DNA from: Oopsacas minuta | Lineage: Eukaryota > Animalia > Porifera | Assembly (NCBI GenBank): GCA_024704765.1 | Contig: JAKMXF010000222.1 | Span: 372,001 to 436,000 of the forward strand | Length of the DNA: 64,000 nt | Direction of reading: 5' to 3' | Part shown: in pieces, positions 24,800 through 36,784 of the stretch | Position numbering within the stretch: the stretch's first letter is position 1 | Layout of the letters: each line of letters begins with the position of its first letter | The notes under the pieces: model-generated | The model's database searches: none | The model's input: only the letters and a program-made list of their open reading frames with translations | What the model was told of the DNA's origin: nothing | Translations under genes and position numbers: made by a program

Positions 24800-25354
24800 G
24801 GTAAAACGATTCTAAACTGAATAAAAGTAGTAATAACTTTGTTGTTACAATTATGACTAATGAACCAAGATATTTGTAACATTATACTCAATGCAATGGT
24901 AATGTAACATGTCTATTACGAGATTAATTCTATAATTAGCATAATTCTATTCTGATAGAGTGAAAATTATTGTTAGTAAGAATGGCTAAGTTAGCGGATA
25001 TTTGAGCACGAGTGAACTAGAAAATATGAATTTAGGGATAAACGGTTTTGCTAAATGAATGCGAATATCGTGAAATAAGTAACTGTCTTAACCGGTTCAC
25101 AGCTGAATAAAATTCTTGTTATCATAAAGATTTGATTCAGCTGTAAACCGGAAATCTCTGATAAAAAGCACAATTTAGTGGAGTCGAACGTAGATTCATT
25201 AAGTGTAACTACAGAAAGCGAGCTTAAAATTTAAGGAATTGAAGTAAATCACACTCTACTTAACATGAAGCAAACGTATATCCTACAGAGCAAATAAAAA
25301 GCGTAAATGCTGGAATTCAATGAGTTTAGTCCTCAATTATAAAAAATTCAACAA

Positions 25355-26860
25355 TCAAATAGAAGTAGACTCTGACAATTTCATATACACGTCATCAAGA
25401 GTTTCCTTGATAACTTCACATATATCTCCTGCATCTGGGAAGTTAGCAGTATCTACATGCACTGCAACAGATAACTTACCTGCATAGGTTAGGAAACAGA
25501 TACCCAGGGTTTGGTTACCTGATTGAGGTACAAATATGGAGACATCTGAGATGACACGTCCACCTATGAATAACTGATTCTTTGGACCTGGTAAATTCGC
25601 GAAATTACCAACAGTTGGACCAGTTAGCTTCATTAATGGAAGTCTCAATTTTAAAGGCAATGGAAGTGCAGTCATTTGAAAAACGCAGTTCTCAACAAAG
25701 AAAGGGTAAACTGAATTTTTTAGATTATTCATCTCAAAAGATATCTGTTGTAATTGTTGATGGAAACCCTTAGTAGCCAAAGGAATTTGAATAATCACTC
25801 CCTTATGATTGTCATTACTCATTGAAATAGAGTCATATTCATTCTTTAGCATTCCCATACCAAGATACGCATTTGTTCGGTCCATTTTTCCATTATTCAA
25901 ACTATACTTCTCCAAAGCTTGTGTGAGTATTGCCATGAAAACGTCATTGACTTTTGTTTTCGTTTGATTCTTAATAAAACGAACTTTCTCAAAGTCTAAG
26001 CTTGTATCCCATGCAGATAGCTTTCTACCATTCCCGTTGTTAAGGAATAGCTTATGAAATGGCCTTGTAAAACGTATACACTCATCAGTCATATAAATAG
26101 GACTCACAAATAATGTTATTAATCCCATCAGAAACTGTTGATAAGTTGTATTAAATGAACCGGAAATAGCCAATTTCTTTTGACCAGTCATTAACTCAGC
26201 TTTTGAATCAGAAAGGTAATTAATCCAAATATTTAGAAAAGAAAAACCATCAGCTCCACAATGATGTCCAGCCATTAGAATGTGAAATGAATCGTCATCT
26301 TCCCCATTCAATATCAGGTAGAATTTCCAAAGAGGTTTATCAAAGGACATTCCTTCTGTATACTGTTTTGATATATATTCCTGTAAAGATGGTTTACCCA
26401 AATCATCAAGTTGTATTTCCACAACATGATCATCAATATTATAGTCAGTAGCAGGGAACCAAGTTGGTAAAAAGAATTTATATTTTACGATCTGTTTAAA
26501 ATTAGAAAATTGTAATCTTCCTTTAGAATCTTTAGCCATTACAATTCTATCTCTTATTAACGTCTTCATTTCATGCAATGATATGTGTCCCTTCATTTTA
26601 AACAGCACAAGACCTACCATATGAGAATTGCTAGCATCTCCCACATGGAAATTATAAGCATCATGGATAATATTAGCTAACAGTCTTAAACGCTTATGTT
26701 CTTCTCCAACCGGGATATTTCTATTATAAGTAACATCGAGTATACACTGTACACACCGGATATAACCTACATACAGACAGTAGTTCAGTAGCATGATTAT
26801 GTTAATCAGTAGCAAGGGTATGTAGAGAAGTATTTTAAGTAGGATAGTCAGGAGTTCCAT
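25355..26860 (-). CDS. Wax ester synthase/diacylglycerol acyltransferase (WS/DGAT) family
   Basis: N-terminal TM, KPLWKFYLI, catalytic HHxxxDG (GHHCGADG), KVNDVFMA, ANLPGP and TYAGKL. Confidence 0.85.
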   Translation of the reverse strand: MELLTILLKILLYIPLLLINIIMLLNYCLYVGYIRCVQCILDVTYNRNIPVGEEHKRLRLLANIIHDAYNFHVGDASNSHMVGLVLFKMKGHISLHEMKTLIRDRIVMAKDSKGRLQFSNFKQIVKYKFFLPTWFPATDYNIDDHVVEIQLDDLGKPSLQEYISKQYTEGMSFDKPLWKFYLILNGEDDDSFHILMAGHHCGADGFSFLNIWINYLSDSKAELMTGQKKLAISGSFNTTYQQFLMGLITLFVSPIYMTDECIRFTRPFHKLFLNNGNGRKLSAWDTSLDFEKVRFIKNQTKTKVNDVFMAILTQALEKYSLNNGKMDRTNAYLGMGMLKNEYDSISMSNDNHKGVIIQIPLATKGFHQQLQQISFEMNNLKNSVYPFFVENCVFQMTALPLPLKLRLPLMKLTGPTVGNFANLPGPKNQLFIGGRVISDVSIFVPQSGNQTLGICFLTYAGKLSVAVHVDTANFPDAGDICEVIKETLDDVYMKLSESTSI

Positions 26861-26912
26861 CGATATGATACCTAGCTAATCAAATTGTAAATGGAATACA
26901 TATTTGTTAAAT

Positions 26913-27055
26913 CAGCGGTTCCCAACCTTTTTCACGCGTATGCCCGATCCCTTATACCAATTTTATTACATTAAGTGGACCCCCTCCCAAGGAATGTAAT
27001 AGCTCATATGGAGCCCCTGCTGTAGTCCCATGGGGTCCCAGGTTGTGAACAGCTG
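26913..27055. mobile_element. Degenerate hAT-type MITE
   Basis: TIRs CAGCGGTTCCCAACCT / AGGTTGTGAACAGCTG (14/16 match); the TSD is only 5/8. Confidence 0.65.
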
Positions 27056-27177
27056 GAATAAATACTGTCATAACAAGAGGTAAAATTCCATAATTATCTT
27101 CAAATATTAAACGTGAACTTTCAATAAAATTCTATAATGGAAGACAATCAAATTAAATTAAACATTATTCCAATGAA

Positions 27178-28047
27178 TTATTTCATTACTAAAGCATTCA
27201 TTCTTTTTCTCTTCCTTTCTAGGTATCTTTCTAAAGCAGCTAATCTCATCTCTTCAGTTGTTCTTTTAGCGAAAATATCAATTTTATCCTCAATAACCAA
27301 TTCCTTTTCTATCTCAGTAGGATGTTCAGTCAAATTCTCTTCTAATTCATTCTTATCAGATAACTCTGTTGTTATGACGTCAGATGTAGTGTTAGTATCA
27401 GTTTCTTTTGGAGAAGTATTTTGTGTCTCTGAAACTGTCCCTTTAGGTTCATTCCCTCCACTACTGGTACCCCCCATGGCAACATTATCAGTCAACAAAT
27501 GTGAGTAAAATAAACTCAAATCCTTTTGTTTTGTAACATCCAGCTTAGCTTCTTGTTCTTCTCTCACTCTCTCTTTCTCATCATCAACTAATCTCTCTTG
27601 TAAATATTTCCGATAACCAGGAGTAGTATATGAATCTTTATCTTTATACAAATCACCTTCAGTCTCTCGCTCTGAGATATATTTCCTCTCTAAACGTCTA
27701 TCACGCTCTCTCTCACGCTCTTCACTCATATCTTTAATCAGAGACACGTACTTGGATTTCTTAGATTTCTCTTGAACGTTTCGTATTCTCCTTAACCTAC
27801 TCACCTCCATAGCATCATATACTTCATCATACTGGTAGATATCAGAGTCTTCATTTTCAAAATGTTTTATTTGTTTATTAGCTTTGCTAGCGTATTTTGC
27901 TTGTAATGATTCTATATTGAACTTAGCCTGTGGGTTGTCATCAGAGTCAGAGTCACTCGCGAAAATCGAGGGTTTAGAAAGACCTGTGTTGGTTTGTGAA
28001 TTCTTCTTTAGAATTAGTCCATAGCCTTTACTTGAACCACCAATCAT
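27178..28047 (-). CDS. NSRP1: Nuclear speckle splicing regulatory protein 1 (CCDC55)
   Basis: YGLIL N-terminus, IYQYDEVYD, KSKYVSL, ERETEGDLYKDKDSYTTPGY and C-terminal ALERYLERK. Confidence 0.85.
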   Translation of the reverse strand: MIGGSSKGYGLILKKNSQTNTGLSKPSIFASDSDSDDNPQAKFNIESLQAKYASKANKQIKHFENEDSDIYQYDEVYDAMEVSRLRRIRNVQEKSKKSKYVSLIKDMSEERERERDRRLERKYISERETEGDLYKDKDSYTTPGYRKYLQERLVDDEKERVREEQEAKLDVTKQKDLSLFYSHLLTDNVAMGGTSSGGNEPKGTVSETQNTSPKETDTNTTSDVITTELSDKNELEENLTEHPTEIEKELVIEDKIDIFAKRTTEEMRLAALERYLERKRKRMNALVMK

Positions 28048-28839
28048 TGCTAACTAGAATATTCGTGACGTTAATAAATACCAAGAATAGTGCTATTTAT
28101 TCTTAGATCTATATATGTTGTTAAAAGTTGAAACGCAGTTAATCTGTACTAGCTTGCTTCACTGCTGGTCGCTCTACGACATAAGGCACCTACACAGACA
28201 CTGTTCGCGGCATTTGAATTTCAGTTCAGCACTGAATCATCCAAAAAATTCAAAATAGCTATTTGGTTCTTCGCTTAATTGGCTGCAACAAAGTAATATT
28301 TGAAGTTAGTGTTTCTATGTTTATGAAAATCTGAGGTACATAGTGCCGAGCATACGGCCGTCGTGCTGACTCGTGCAGCAAATAACTGAATTGAGCCAGT
28401 GAAAATTATTACATAACAACATAACAACAAAAGTGTACACAAGGAATGTGAGAAATTAAATAAAAAAAACTGTACTTAACAGATGGTACCCAGCATGAAA
28501 GAAAAAAATATCTTCCATGCTGAATTCCAAATGATCTTACACTTCTATAATCTCTGAGACAATACCTAACATATCATAATAGAATCCAAGAGAATGGAAA
28601 TATCGGAAAATAATTATCCATTTTACCAGTAATGACCACTTGAATAACAAATAATGATAATACTTGTAATAACCAGAAAACAGATGAAGTATATATCACA
28701 GTGGGACTTGCATAATCCGACGCTTAAAGACTTCTATAATCCCACAGTGTTTCTGATATGAAATAGCTTCCGATAGGTAATACAATTTCACAATGAGTTT
28801 CTAATTATGCAGGTTCCACTGTATGCATTAGAAATACCA

Positions 28840-29310
28840 ATGAACACTTTCGAAAGAGTGGAATAGCTGATTATAGTTTGGGAGAGTATAATTAAGATAG
28901 CGACTGAGAGAAGAGATCAACTACTTGTCCAGCTGTTTGAATGAAGAAGTTTATCTAAATAAGGAGCATACAAGAATAAACAAGTTGAAGTTCTGTAGAA
29001 GTTAATCATACAAGTATTCAACAGAATAAAAATATGATCAATAAAGGAAATGTAGACTCTCTCTTAAAACAGCTGGTGAAGTTGGGATCTGTTCTCAATA
29101 TTGTAATATATTATATACCAATAAGGTTAAACAAGTCAGAAGTTTTGAGACGACTTGCAGATAGAATGGAGAGTTGTATAATCCTTTTGGGATAGCTCTA
29201 GACGGAGAAAAGATCTATGTGACTGACCAAAACAAGGACAGAGTACAGATATTCTCAATAGAAGGTAAATTCAAAGAATTTAATCCATACGACAAAGCAT
29301 CCATATATTA
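28840..29310 (+). pseudogene. Decayed coiled-coil/NHL gene relic
   Basis: Manual translation gives IIKIATERRDQLLVQLFE* and then NGELYNPFGIALDGEKIYVTDQNKDRVQIFSIEGKF (29165 onward), with several stops and frameshifts. Confidence 0.7.
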
Positions 29311-29510
29311 AACAACTTTGTAAGAGATTGGAAGCTAATGCTGTATAAACAATCAGAGCTAGTAAGAGTGATCTTGTCCATATTTTTGTTGACAAGACCG
29401 GGTTATCAGTTATAAAAGCTCATTTTAAATGGGAAATTTTTCATGATCAGATATAGTTAATAAAAATAATATAAACCAAAATAATTATAGCTCAACATGC
29501 AACATAGTAT

Positions 29511-30941
29511 TTAATTCTTCTCAACAGTAGGAACTTGAGGCGGTGGATCTTGATATCTATTAGCTCCCTCACTTAAAGTTTTAGCTCCAAACTTAACAGC
29601 AAGAGATTTCCAATTAAAGTAAGAAATCAGATCAATAGCATCAACAGAAATCCTCATAGACTTATCAGTAACATTTCCAGCAGACTCACCATACTTATGT
29701 TCTACAGTATTAACAACCTCATTACTGCTTGTAGACAGTAGTTTCTTAGCTGCATCACTTGCACTAATATAGATAACTCCACCTGATTTAGCAGTTGATT
29801 TGGTTAGAGCCATAGCTTGCTCAGCATGATGGTTGTCTGAGTAATTTTTCAATTGTTCATTGCTAGAAATATAACTGTAGACATGTTCACCAGCTGTCCA
29901 GGTTAGTTTAGCTAGATTTGTTAACATGAAGTCTCCTACTGTAACCGCGGCACCTGTCACCTTCTTACCTACATACAGACTGGTTTCTATAGCCGGGTGA
30001 ATGTTCGTATCCTCTGGATTTGGTTGGATAGAATCGCGAATTTTATCGCCTCCTTTCTCAATCAGCTGTTCACCTTTAGTCTCACCTCTCCCTATCATAG
30101 AGGATATATATGAAGAACCGGAAGTCAGCTTTTCAGATATTAATTCTCCCCATCCTTGCTGGGTATCAGATTTATTGTCACCCTCCTCTTGGATAGAGGG
30201 GGCGGGTTCAGGGGTGTGTAGTGCCCCCTCCTTCACAATACATAGAGACTCTATAGAGTATTGAAATCTGTTTCTCTCTTTATCTGACATAGTAGTGTCT
30301 AGAACTAATCCAGTGAATGTCTCACTGACGTCACAATCTTCAAAATACGTCATAGAATCAGGAAACATATATAGGTAACTAGTAGGACGGTATACAATAG
30401 TTTTATTGGGTACAATAGGAGTAACCCAGGGACCACACCCCAGGAATGCTGGAGGTTGTCCCTTTATTCTCTGCACATACTCACATAAGTATAGAGTATT
30501 AGGTTTATGAGATATTGTATCACCATCCCGCTGTACTTGATATATAGTAACGTTATCTAGAGATAGGAGAATCCTCATTGATTGAGGAGAATTGCCTTTA
30601 TTAGGAGCTGGTGACCTGTCACTCATGCAATCCGTGTAGGAAGGAGGATTATCAGAGTAGTTAGCAGCAGGAATTGGATTAGCATTTAGTTTAGATTCGA
30701 AATCTTTTATTCTTATTTCAACCTTATGGAGTAATTCTTTTATCTTAGCAATCTCATCTCTCTGAGTAGAGAGAGATAATGCTTTATTAAGTATACGTTT
30801 AGCTTGGATATAAAGCTGGTAAGCTTGTGGTAGGTCTCTCCTCTCGTCACTAGATAGAGCCTCTTTCACAAGACTATATCCTTGTTTGTAATAGTTCTTA
30901 GCTACTGTAGAAGTATCATTCTTAGACAGTTGAGTAGTCAT
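29511..30941 (-). CDS. SPG20: Spartin (MIT domain + senescence domain)
   Basis: MIT-like helices (YKQGYSLVKEALSSDE), PPSY motif and a senescence domain (KKVTGAAVTV..., VEHKYGESAG). The likely ATG is 30941; the ORF track extends to 31010. Confidence 0.85.
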   Translation of the reverse strand: MTTQLSKNDTSTVAKNYYKQGYSLVKEALSSDERRDLPQAYQLYIQAKRILNKALSLSTQRDEIAKIKELLHKVEIRIKDFESKLNANPIPAANYSDNPPSYTDCMSDRSPAPNKGNSPQSMRILLSLDNVTIYQVQRDGDTISHKPNTLYLCEYVQRIKGQPPAFLGCGPWVTPIVPNKTIVYRPTSYLYMFPDSMTYFEDCDVSETFTGLVLDTTMSDKERNRFQYSIESLCIVKEGALHTPEPAPSIQEEGDNKSDTQQGWGELISEKLTSGSSYISSMIGRGETKGEQLIEKGGDKIRDSIQPNPEDTNIHPAIETSLYVGKKVTGAAVTVGDFMLTNLAKLTWTAGEHVYSYISSNEQLKNYSDNHHAEQAMALTKSTAKSGGVIYISASDAAKKLLSTSSNEVVNTVEHKYGESAGNVTDKSMRISVDAIDLISYFNWKSLAVKFGAKTLSEGANRYQDPPPQVPTVEKN

Positions 30942-31270
30942 CAATTTTCTGAAGGAGAATAAAATTTTTAACAATTTGAGACCATATAAGCGGGTATTTG
31001 ATATATCCATGCCCGATATAACAGAAGTTATCTGTAGGATACATAGACTCTACCGGTTTATCGGTCAGAAAAATACCCGCATATATAATGTTAGATAGCT
31101 CCTACAAATGGCATAAATATTAGCATCCGAATATATCACATCAAGAATCTATAAAACACAAAAACATTACGGAAATACCAACATAATAATCATATACTAT
31201 AGAATAATATCATAATCCAAGAAATACAGAATAATTATTCAGAATTGAATAATCAGGAGGGGAGAGGGAG

Positions 31271-32254
31271 TTAGGACTTCTCTTCCTTAGCAGTATCCAT
31301 ATCAGTAGATGTACCCCCACCAATGATCAGACCCACCCCGCTACAATTCTTCTTGGTCTTATCCTGCTTCCTCCACAAGATTACCTCTTGCTGCTTGAAG
31401 TATCGTCTATCATCTTCATCTAATAGCACTAGATTAATGTAGTAACGCACTGAGAATTTCTTATTGATATCTTTCATTGTTGGAGTCAGTTCATAAGCGC
31501 CTAGAAAGAATCGTATTGGTATGCATTCTCCTTTCACAGGCGCTCCGTCCATGATCTCATATTTCGTGACAGTCTCAGTCTCAGAGATACCGCTGTTACC
31601 AGCACCTGTTATCTCCTTACGGATTAAATCAATTTGCATATGTTTGATCTTGACACGTACCAGCAGGAAGTAAATCTTACCAAGAATGACGTCACGTAAA
31701 TGATATCTCTGTTTATTGTACTCAAACTCAATATGAAGACAATCCTCTATGCCTACTTCCATTTTCAAGCTTGACTGGTCAGTTTCTGGATACAGGTGTA
31801 GAGTTTGGACAGCTATAGGTTTTTCTTTTACAATGTTAGCAAACCTTTTCTCAATCGTTACACGAAGGAAATATCTGAGACGTACATTTACACCGTAGAA
31901 AGATTCAAATGGTTTTTCAACATGCAAGAATTCGTACGGGAACTCATGAGCACCTTGTGATAGTTCTCCAGGTTTAGACAGCTGTCTGACTAAAGATGTG
32001 AATTCTTGGGGATTGCTTTTATCTGAGAGTAACATTATTTGTCCCACAAATTCCAGTTGAACTCCTGAATGTTGGAGTTTATTGCTTTTGACGTGTATTT
32101 TAACACGACCACTCAAGTTATCACCATCGTAGAAAAGAGGTAGTTTCGTTTTCGTTCCATCTTCAAGCCGATATTCTATTTTCTTCTTATCTTCCTCTTC
32201 GTTTAGAAATACTATTACATCTGCAGTATTACCAAATCCTAGTAAACCTGCCAT
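31271..32254 (-). CDS. VPS26: Retromer subunit VPS26
   Basis: LFYDGD, VRLRYFLRVT, IKMEVGIEDCLHIEFEY-like and DRRYFKQQE motifs. Confidence 0.97.
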   Translation of the reverse strand: MAGLLGFGNTADVIVFLNEEEDKKKIEYRLEDGTKTKLPLFYDGDNLSGRVKIHVKSNKLQHSGVQLEFVGQIMLLSDKSNPQEFTSLVRQLSKPGELSQGAHEFPYEFLHVEKPFESFYGVNVRLRYFLRVTIEKRFANIVKEKPIAVQTLHLYPETDQSSLKMEVGIEDCLHIEFEYNKQRYHLRDVILGKIYFLLVRVKIKHMQIDLIRKEITGAGNSGISETETVTKYEIMDGAPVKGECIPIRFFLGAYELTPTMKDINKKFSVRYYINLVLLDEDDRRYFKQQEVILWRKQDKTKKNCSGVGLIIGGGTSTDMDTAKEEKS

Positions 32255-32451
32255 ACTGAATGTCTAATACAAGTAGATAGAAGATAAGAATTAGGAATTA
32301 AGGTGGAACATGACAAGTATATACAAATTTCGCTATACGTAAGAATGAGAACATTAAAATCGGTCGCAATATATCATTGATAATTATAAATAAGAAAAGC
32401 AATATGGAGGATAAATTTGAATTAAATAGTTAAAAGATTAAATCACATATT

Positions 32452-35109
32452 CTACATTCTTTCTCTCCCACTCCTACCCCTCCCGCTCGCTCTACCTCGT
32501 CCCCTGCCCCTTCCTCTTCCTCTTCCTCTCCCTCTACCCCTATATCCCCCTCGTGAGGATCCTCCTCTTGACTGCCGATCAGAAGCATAAAAATCTCCAT
32601 GCACTTTCATCTCTTCCCCACAAAACACGCAACCCTTGAACTTCTCAAATCCTGAATCTTTCTTGAACGACACACTCAAAAAAGCTGTCCCACAATCTTC
32701 ACAGAACTCTCCCTCTATAAACCTAACTCTATCCACACGGTCCTTAAAGTTAATCACAACATAACACTCATTGCATTGAACTTTGAACTTTTTCTGGTTA
32801 GTTTGTTGTAATAATAGAAACCCTGTATCACACTCATTACAAGCAGCAACACTATTAGAAGCTAGAGATTCTTCACAAGTGGGGTTAGGGCATTGAGCAC
32901 ACAGCATACTATTCATCCTACCCCCTCTTGTCACAGGCTCTCCTCTAGGTGTAGCACCCCCGCGGGGAGTCGCGAAATCATTATGCGAATTCTCCTGGAA
33001 GGGTGGGTAATTATAGCAGTATGGACAAAGATAAAAGAAATGACCTTTCTTACCATTCAGCAAGTGAAACACAAGTTCAAATCTGTCAATAGGACATACT
33101 TTTTCAGAAGGTTGGAATGTACACTCATTCTGCGGCAAACTGTAAGTCTCTTTACAGATAGAACAATGTAATCTGTAAGGTCGCGAAATTATTATTTTCA
33201 TAAATCGTCTACATTTACCACAGCGAGTAAATGGCTTACCAGTATCTGACAGAGCTGTGAAACAAACCTCAAATAATTCATCCATTTTAGGCAAATTCTC
33301 AATGAAATAATCATATTTGTGTAGGAACATCCTAGTAGCATTACTCACAATCTCTCTATACTCTGCCTGCCCCTTCGCGATTAATCCCAGCTCTCTCTCA
33401 ATCTGTGCTCGCATAGTTGGCAAACACAACTCGTGGTCAATCATTCTATATCCGTGTATCAATGATATACCCAAATCAGTTGGAAATAGATGGCGAGATG
33501 ACGCATCTACTCTGACATAATTACGAGTACATATATTATTTATGTGTACAGGAATACTAGCATCAGTTCCTATACCATGCTTCTCCATTAGAGATATTAA
33601 TTCTGATTCACTTAAGTAATCAGGTGGTCTAGTCTGTCCCTCTACAATAGACAGAGCAAACGGATACATCTCTCCTACCTTGAATTCAGGGATACTCTCA
33701 TCATCCAGTTTATTAATACCATACAGTACAGGGAAGAATCCAGCACGAACATACTGCTTACCTGTAACTGAGAATGCTTCAGAGCCTAAATCAAATACCA
33801 CAATAGTATCCATACATAAACAGTCGTAACTGACCGAAGCTAGGAAGTTACGAACAACCAATTCGTAGAGACGCCAGCTCGATTGATCCCATAGGTCAGC
33901 CTCGTTAGCGAGACGTGTCGGGGTTATAGGAGGATGATCCCCAGCATCATGACCCTCCCTCGGCCTCTCAGGCCCATTTCTAACCAAATCTCTGGCTATA
34001 TCCCCCCAATGTGTAGAAGCTGTATGTTCTTTGATGACGTCACTGATAGCATAGTTATATGGATAGTGTGTAGTTTCAGTACGTGGATAACTGATATAGC
34101 CTTGTGTATAGAGACGCTCTGCTACTTGCATTGTATGATGAGGACTCATTTTTAACTTTTCAGAAGCTCGTCTCAACATTTCTACAGAATTAAGAGCAAC
34201 AGGACGTGTACGTACGGATTCCTTTCGTGAAACAGATCGTACAACTGCTTTAGAATTTGATCGTGTCTTTTTGAACAATTCTTCAACTTGATGTTTCTCA
34301 AACATGCGTCCTCGTGACCAACTGGCAGTCAGCTGTTTCCCAGCTGCAGTGATAATAAGTTTAAGCTGCCAGTAGCTACGTGGAGAGAATGATAGAATTT
34401 CATCAAGTCTCTCTACACAGAAGCTAAGGGTTGGTGTTTGACAGGGTCCGTATGAAATTAGAGCACTCTCAAGGTCCCCATACTTCTGATGGAAATAGCG
34501 AGTCTGTAGGCGAGTAAAGGCACAGCCAATCCTAAGATCTAGCTCCATACGAGCATCCACACTACGTGCTTCATCTGGATTAGGTTGTATCAGCTGTTCA
34601 AATGATTTTCTAATATCTTTAGGAGTTATTGCACTGAATTTAGCTCTAAATATATTTTGTTGATAAGGTGATCTCTTACCGTGTGTATAAGCTAGCCCAG
34701 TAGCATCAATAACCTCGAAACAGATATTCTCGCCTTCCTTATCACAATCTAACCAGAGAATAAGGTAGTCTATCTCTCTACCTTCTGAGTTAAGGAAGTT
34801 AACCATATGCATACGAGGGTTTGTTTCTTTCTTCAGGATGGGTGCACTGAATAGTTCACGTGGGTCTGTGCCATCCCAGTTGTTATATTTACCACTGAAG
34901 TCTATTCCCATAACGTGACCGCAAACTGACGTCATCTTAAAAAGGACTGTTTCCTTGGTTACAGGGAAGACCTGTTGGAATTCGTGCACAGGACAGCTGG
35001 GACATATTTTATTAATTCTCTTGTGTGCTTGGTTGTTTGATAATATTGAAGCTATAGAGGCTGCTAGAGATGGTTTCTCTGCTACCATCAGTGCAGATCT
35101 CCTTCTCAT
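32452..35109 (-). CDS. TOP3B: DNA/RNA topoisomerase III beta
   Basis: TOPRIM VAEKPS and WLDCDKEGENI, catalytic GYISYPRTET, C-terminal Zn ribbons and an RGG tail. Confidence 0.97.
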   Translation of the reverse strand: MRRRSALMVAEKPSLAASIASILSNNQAHKRINKICPSCPVHEFQQVFPVTKETVLFKMTSVCGHVMGIDFSGKYNNWDGTDPRELFSAPILKKETNPRMHMVNFLNSEGREIDYLILWLDCDKEGENICFEVIDATGLAYTHGKRSPYQQNIFRAKFSAITPKDIRKSFEQLIQPNPDEARSVDARMELDLRIGCAFTRLQTRYFHQKYGDLESALISYGPCQTPTLSFCVERLDEILSFSPRSYWQLKLIITAAGKQLTASWSRGRMFEKHQVEELFKKTRSNSKAVVRSVSRKESVRTRPVALNSVEMLRRASEKLKMSPHHTMQVAERLYTQGYISYPRTETTHYPYNYAISDVIKEHTASTHWGDIARDLVRNGPERPREGHDAGDHPPITPTRLANEADLWDQSSWRLYELVVRNFLASVSYDCLCMDTIVVFDLGSEAFSVTGKQYVRAGFFPVLYGINKLDDESIPEFKVGEMYPFALSIVEGQTRPPDYLSESELISLMEKHGIGTDASIPVHINNICTRNYVRVDASSRHLFPTDLGISLIHGYRMIDHELCLPTMRAQIERELGLIAKGQAEYREIVSNATRMFLHKYDYFIENLPKMDELFEVCFTALSDTGKPFTRCGKCRRFMKIIISRPYRLHCSICKETYSLPQNECTFQPSEKVCPIDRFELVFHLLNGKKGHFFYLCPYCYNYPPFQENSHNDFATPRGGATPRGEPVTRGGRMNSMLCAQCPNPTCEESLASNSVAACNECDTGFLLLQQTNQKKFKVQCNECYVVINFKDRVDRVRFIEGEFCEDCGTAFLSVSFKKDSGFEKFKGCVFCGEEMKVHGDFYASDRQSRGGSSRGGYRGRGRGRGRGRGRGRGRASGRGRSGRERM

Positions 35110-35690
35110 GCTGATATTACTACGTATAAGGTAAGTTTACTGATAAATATTAGACTACTGTTAGTAGTGGAAACTTGTTTAGCTCTATAGTCCAAATCAA
35201 TGTAGTTTAGCTACACAAAAATAAGCATTTGAATACTCTAATAATGGGATGAAGGATTTCTGCCTATAATAACGTCCTTAAATAGTAAGGTAGTGACGAG
35301 TAAATGAAGCTTACATAGACAGATGGAACGCTAAGATGGTGTTATGTGAGCTGAAACAGATTCATTATAACAGTAGTTTTAATTAACTTCGCTTAACCAT
35401 AGCTATGGCTTGACAATACTATATCGGTAGAGGGAAGTTTGGCAGTGTCACTATTATAAGACTAATTGATTAATATTCCATATACGACAAATACCATTCC
35501 ACTTTTAGGGGTGGATCAGGGGGAGGCTAAATCCTCAAAGTGCTCGCAGCGATCATGCTCAATCGCCCCCTTTGAACAACAGCTGCTTTGTTCAGGAATT
35601 GTTTACCTAGTACTATATCAGAGCAATGCAGTAATAGTATCTTTGATATATTAAATCTACAACACTGTTATTTAACGATACATGCTAACC

Positions 35691-36380
35691 TCAATTCCTT
35701 TTCTTCTTGAGTGCCTTTCTAACTTCTTTACCACTCTGTCCGCCTCCAAACCAGTTAGTGAACAAGTCAGCTATCTCTGGCATCTTGTCCTTTCCACTCT
35801 GTAGCTTCTGCATTGATTCTTCCATGTCCTTCTGTGCACCTGGATCCATAGATCCCATTAGTTTGGGTAACACAAACATCAGTACTGCTGGTACAACAAG
35901 TAATAACACCATAGGGTTCATTAGTAAACTGGAAATGTTCCAAGGTTGTCTCTGTTCAAAATAATCTTTAGGTCTGTCTGGCATCAGAGTTAGCGGATAT
36001 ATTAATGTAGCGTCTTGTGAGATTTGATTTGGTTTGATTAGGTCTAGGCGTCGCGCATTTATGCGGTCAGCCTTGGGGTTTATATCTATACGAACGAGAG
36101 GGAATTCGAATTTAGGACAGTTAACTTCTAATACAAATGATCCAGAAGGGATATTCGATACAACGAAACTACCATCACTCCTTAGGAACCCATAACGACT
36201 GCCAACAGTCACTCGAGTGTTTTGAAACAGTTCTTTCAAATCGAGTACAGTTGCTGAAGGGAAAACCAGTTCTCCTTTTATTTGGTATAGTTTGTTGCTC
36301 TTAGCAAGCTCATTGCTTTGTATAGTATACAAAAGTGTGTATAGGAATAATATAACGTAATATCGATAGGCTTGCATCAT
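35691..36380 (-). CDS. EMC7: ER membrane protein complex subunit 7
   Basis: Signal peptide, GFLRSDGSFVVSNIPSGSFVLEV, YFEQR.PW, and TM MNPMVLLLVVP..LPKL. Confidence 0.92.
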   Translation of the reverse strand: MMQAYRYYVILFLYTLLYTIQSNELAKSNKLYQIKGELVFPSATVLDLKELFQNTRVTVGSRYGFLRSDGSFVVSNIPSGSFVLEVNCPKFEFPLVRIDINPKADRINARRLDLIKPNQISQDATLIYPLTLMPDRPKDYFEQRQPWNISSLLMNPMVLLLVVPAVLMFVLPKLMGSMDPGAQKDMEESMQKLQSGKDKMPEIADLFTNWFGGGQSGKEVRKALKKKRN

Positions 36381-36661
36381 CACAAGCTAGGGTAAGGAAT
36401 GTGAAGAAATAATATAAAATAAATCACAAAATAGAAAATTAAGGAAAAATTGAGAAGAACCAAGAAAGGCAACCGGCAGATGAAATCAGCCCGACTTGGA
36501 CAAAAGTAGGTTACGTGGTGTCAAGGTAATAAATGTTTCAGCGATAATGTCCAAGAACATTACCACTAGGGAATCACCGAATCTGGGGCGTATACATTGG
36601 ATGGGGATAGGTAGCAAGGGTACGTAAAAGTAAAGTAAAGTTAAGTAATGAATACTCAGTA

Positions 36662-36784
36662 CAAGGACGGTCCCAGGATTTTGCATAGCCCGGGGCAAAT
36701 CTTATTATAATGGACAGTGGTGGCTGAGGATCTGGCAAATCCGGAGCAAATGCCCCGTTTACCCCACCCCTGGGACCGCCATTG
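36662..36784. mobile_element. hAT-type MITE, 123 bp
   Basis: TIRs CAAGGACGGTCCCAGG / CCTGGGACCGCCATTG, with a perfect 8-bp TSD ACTCAGTA on both sides. Confidence 0.88.

Noticed and set aside
32490-32560. CCTCTT/CCC repeats as a tandem array
   Set aside because: They encode the normal RGG tail of TOP3B.
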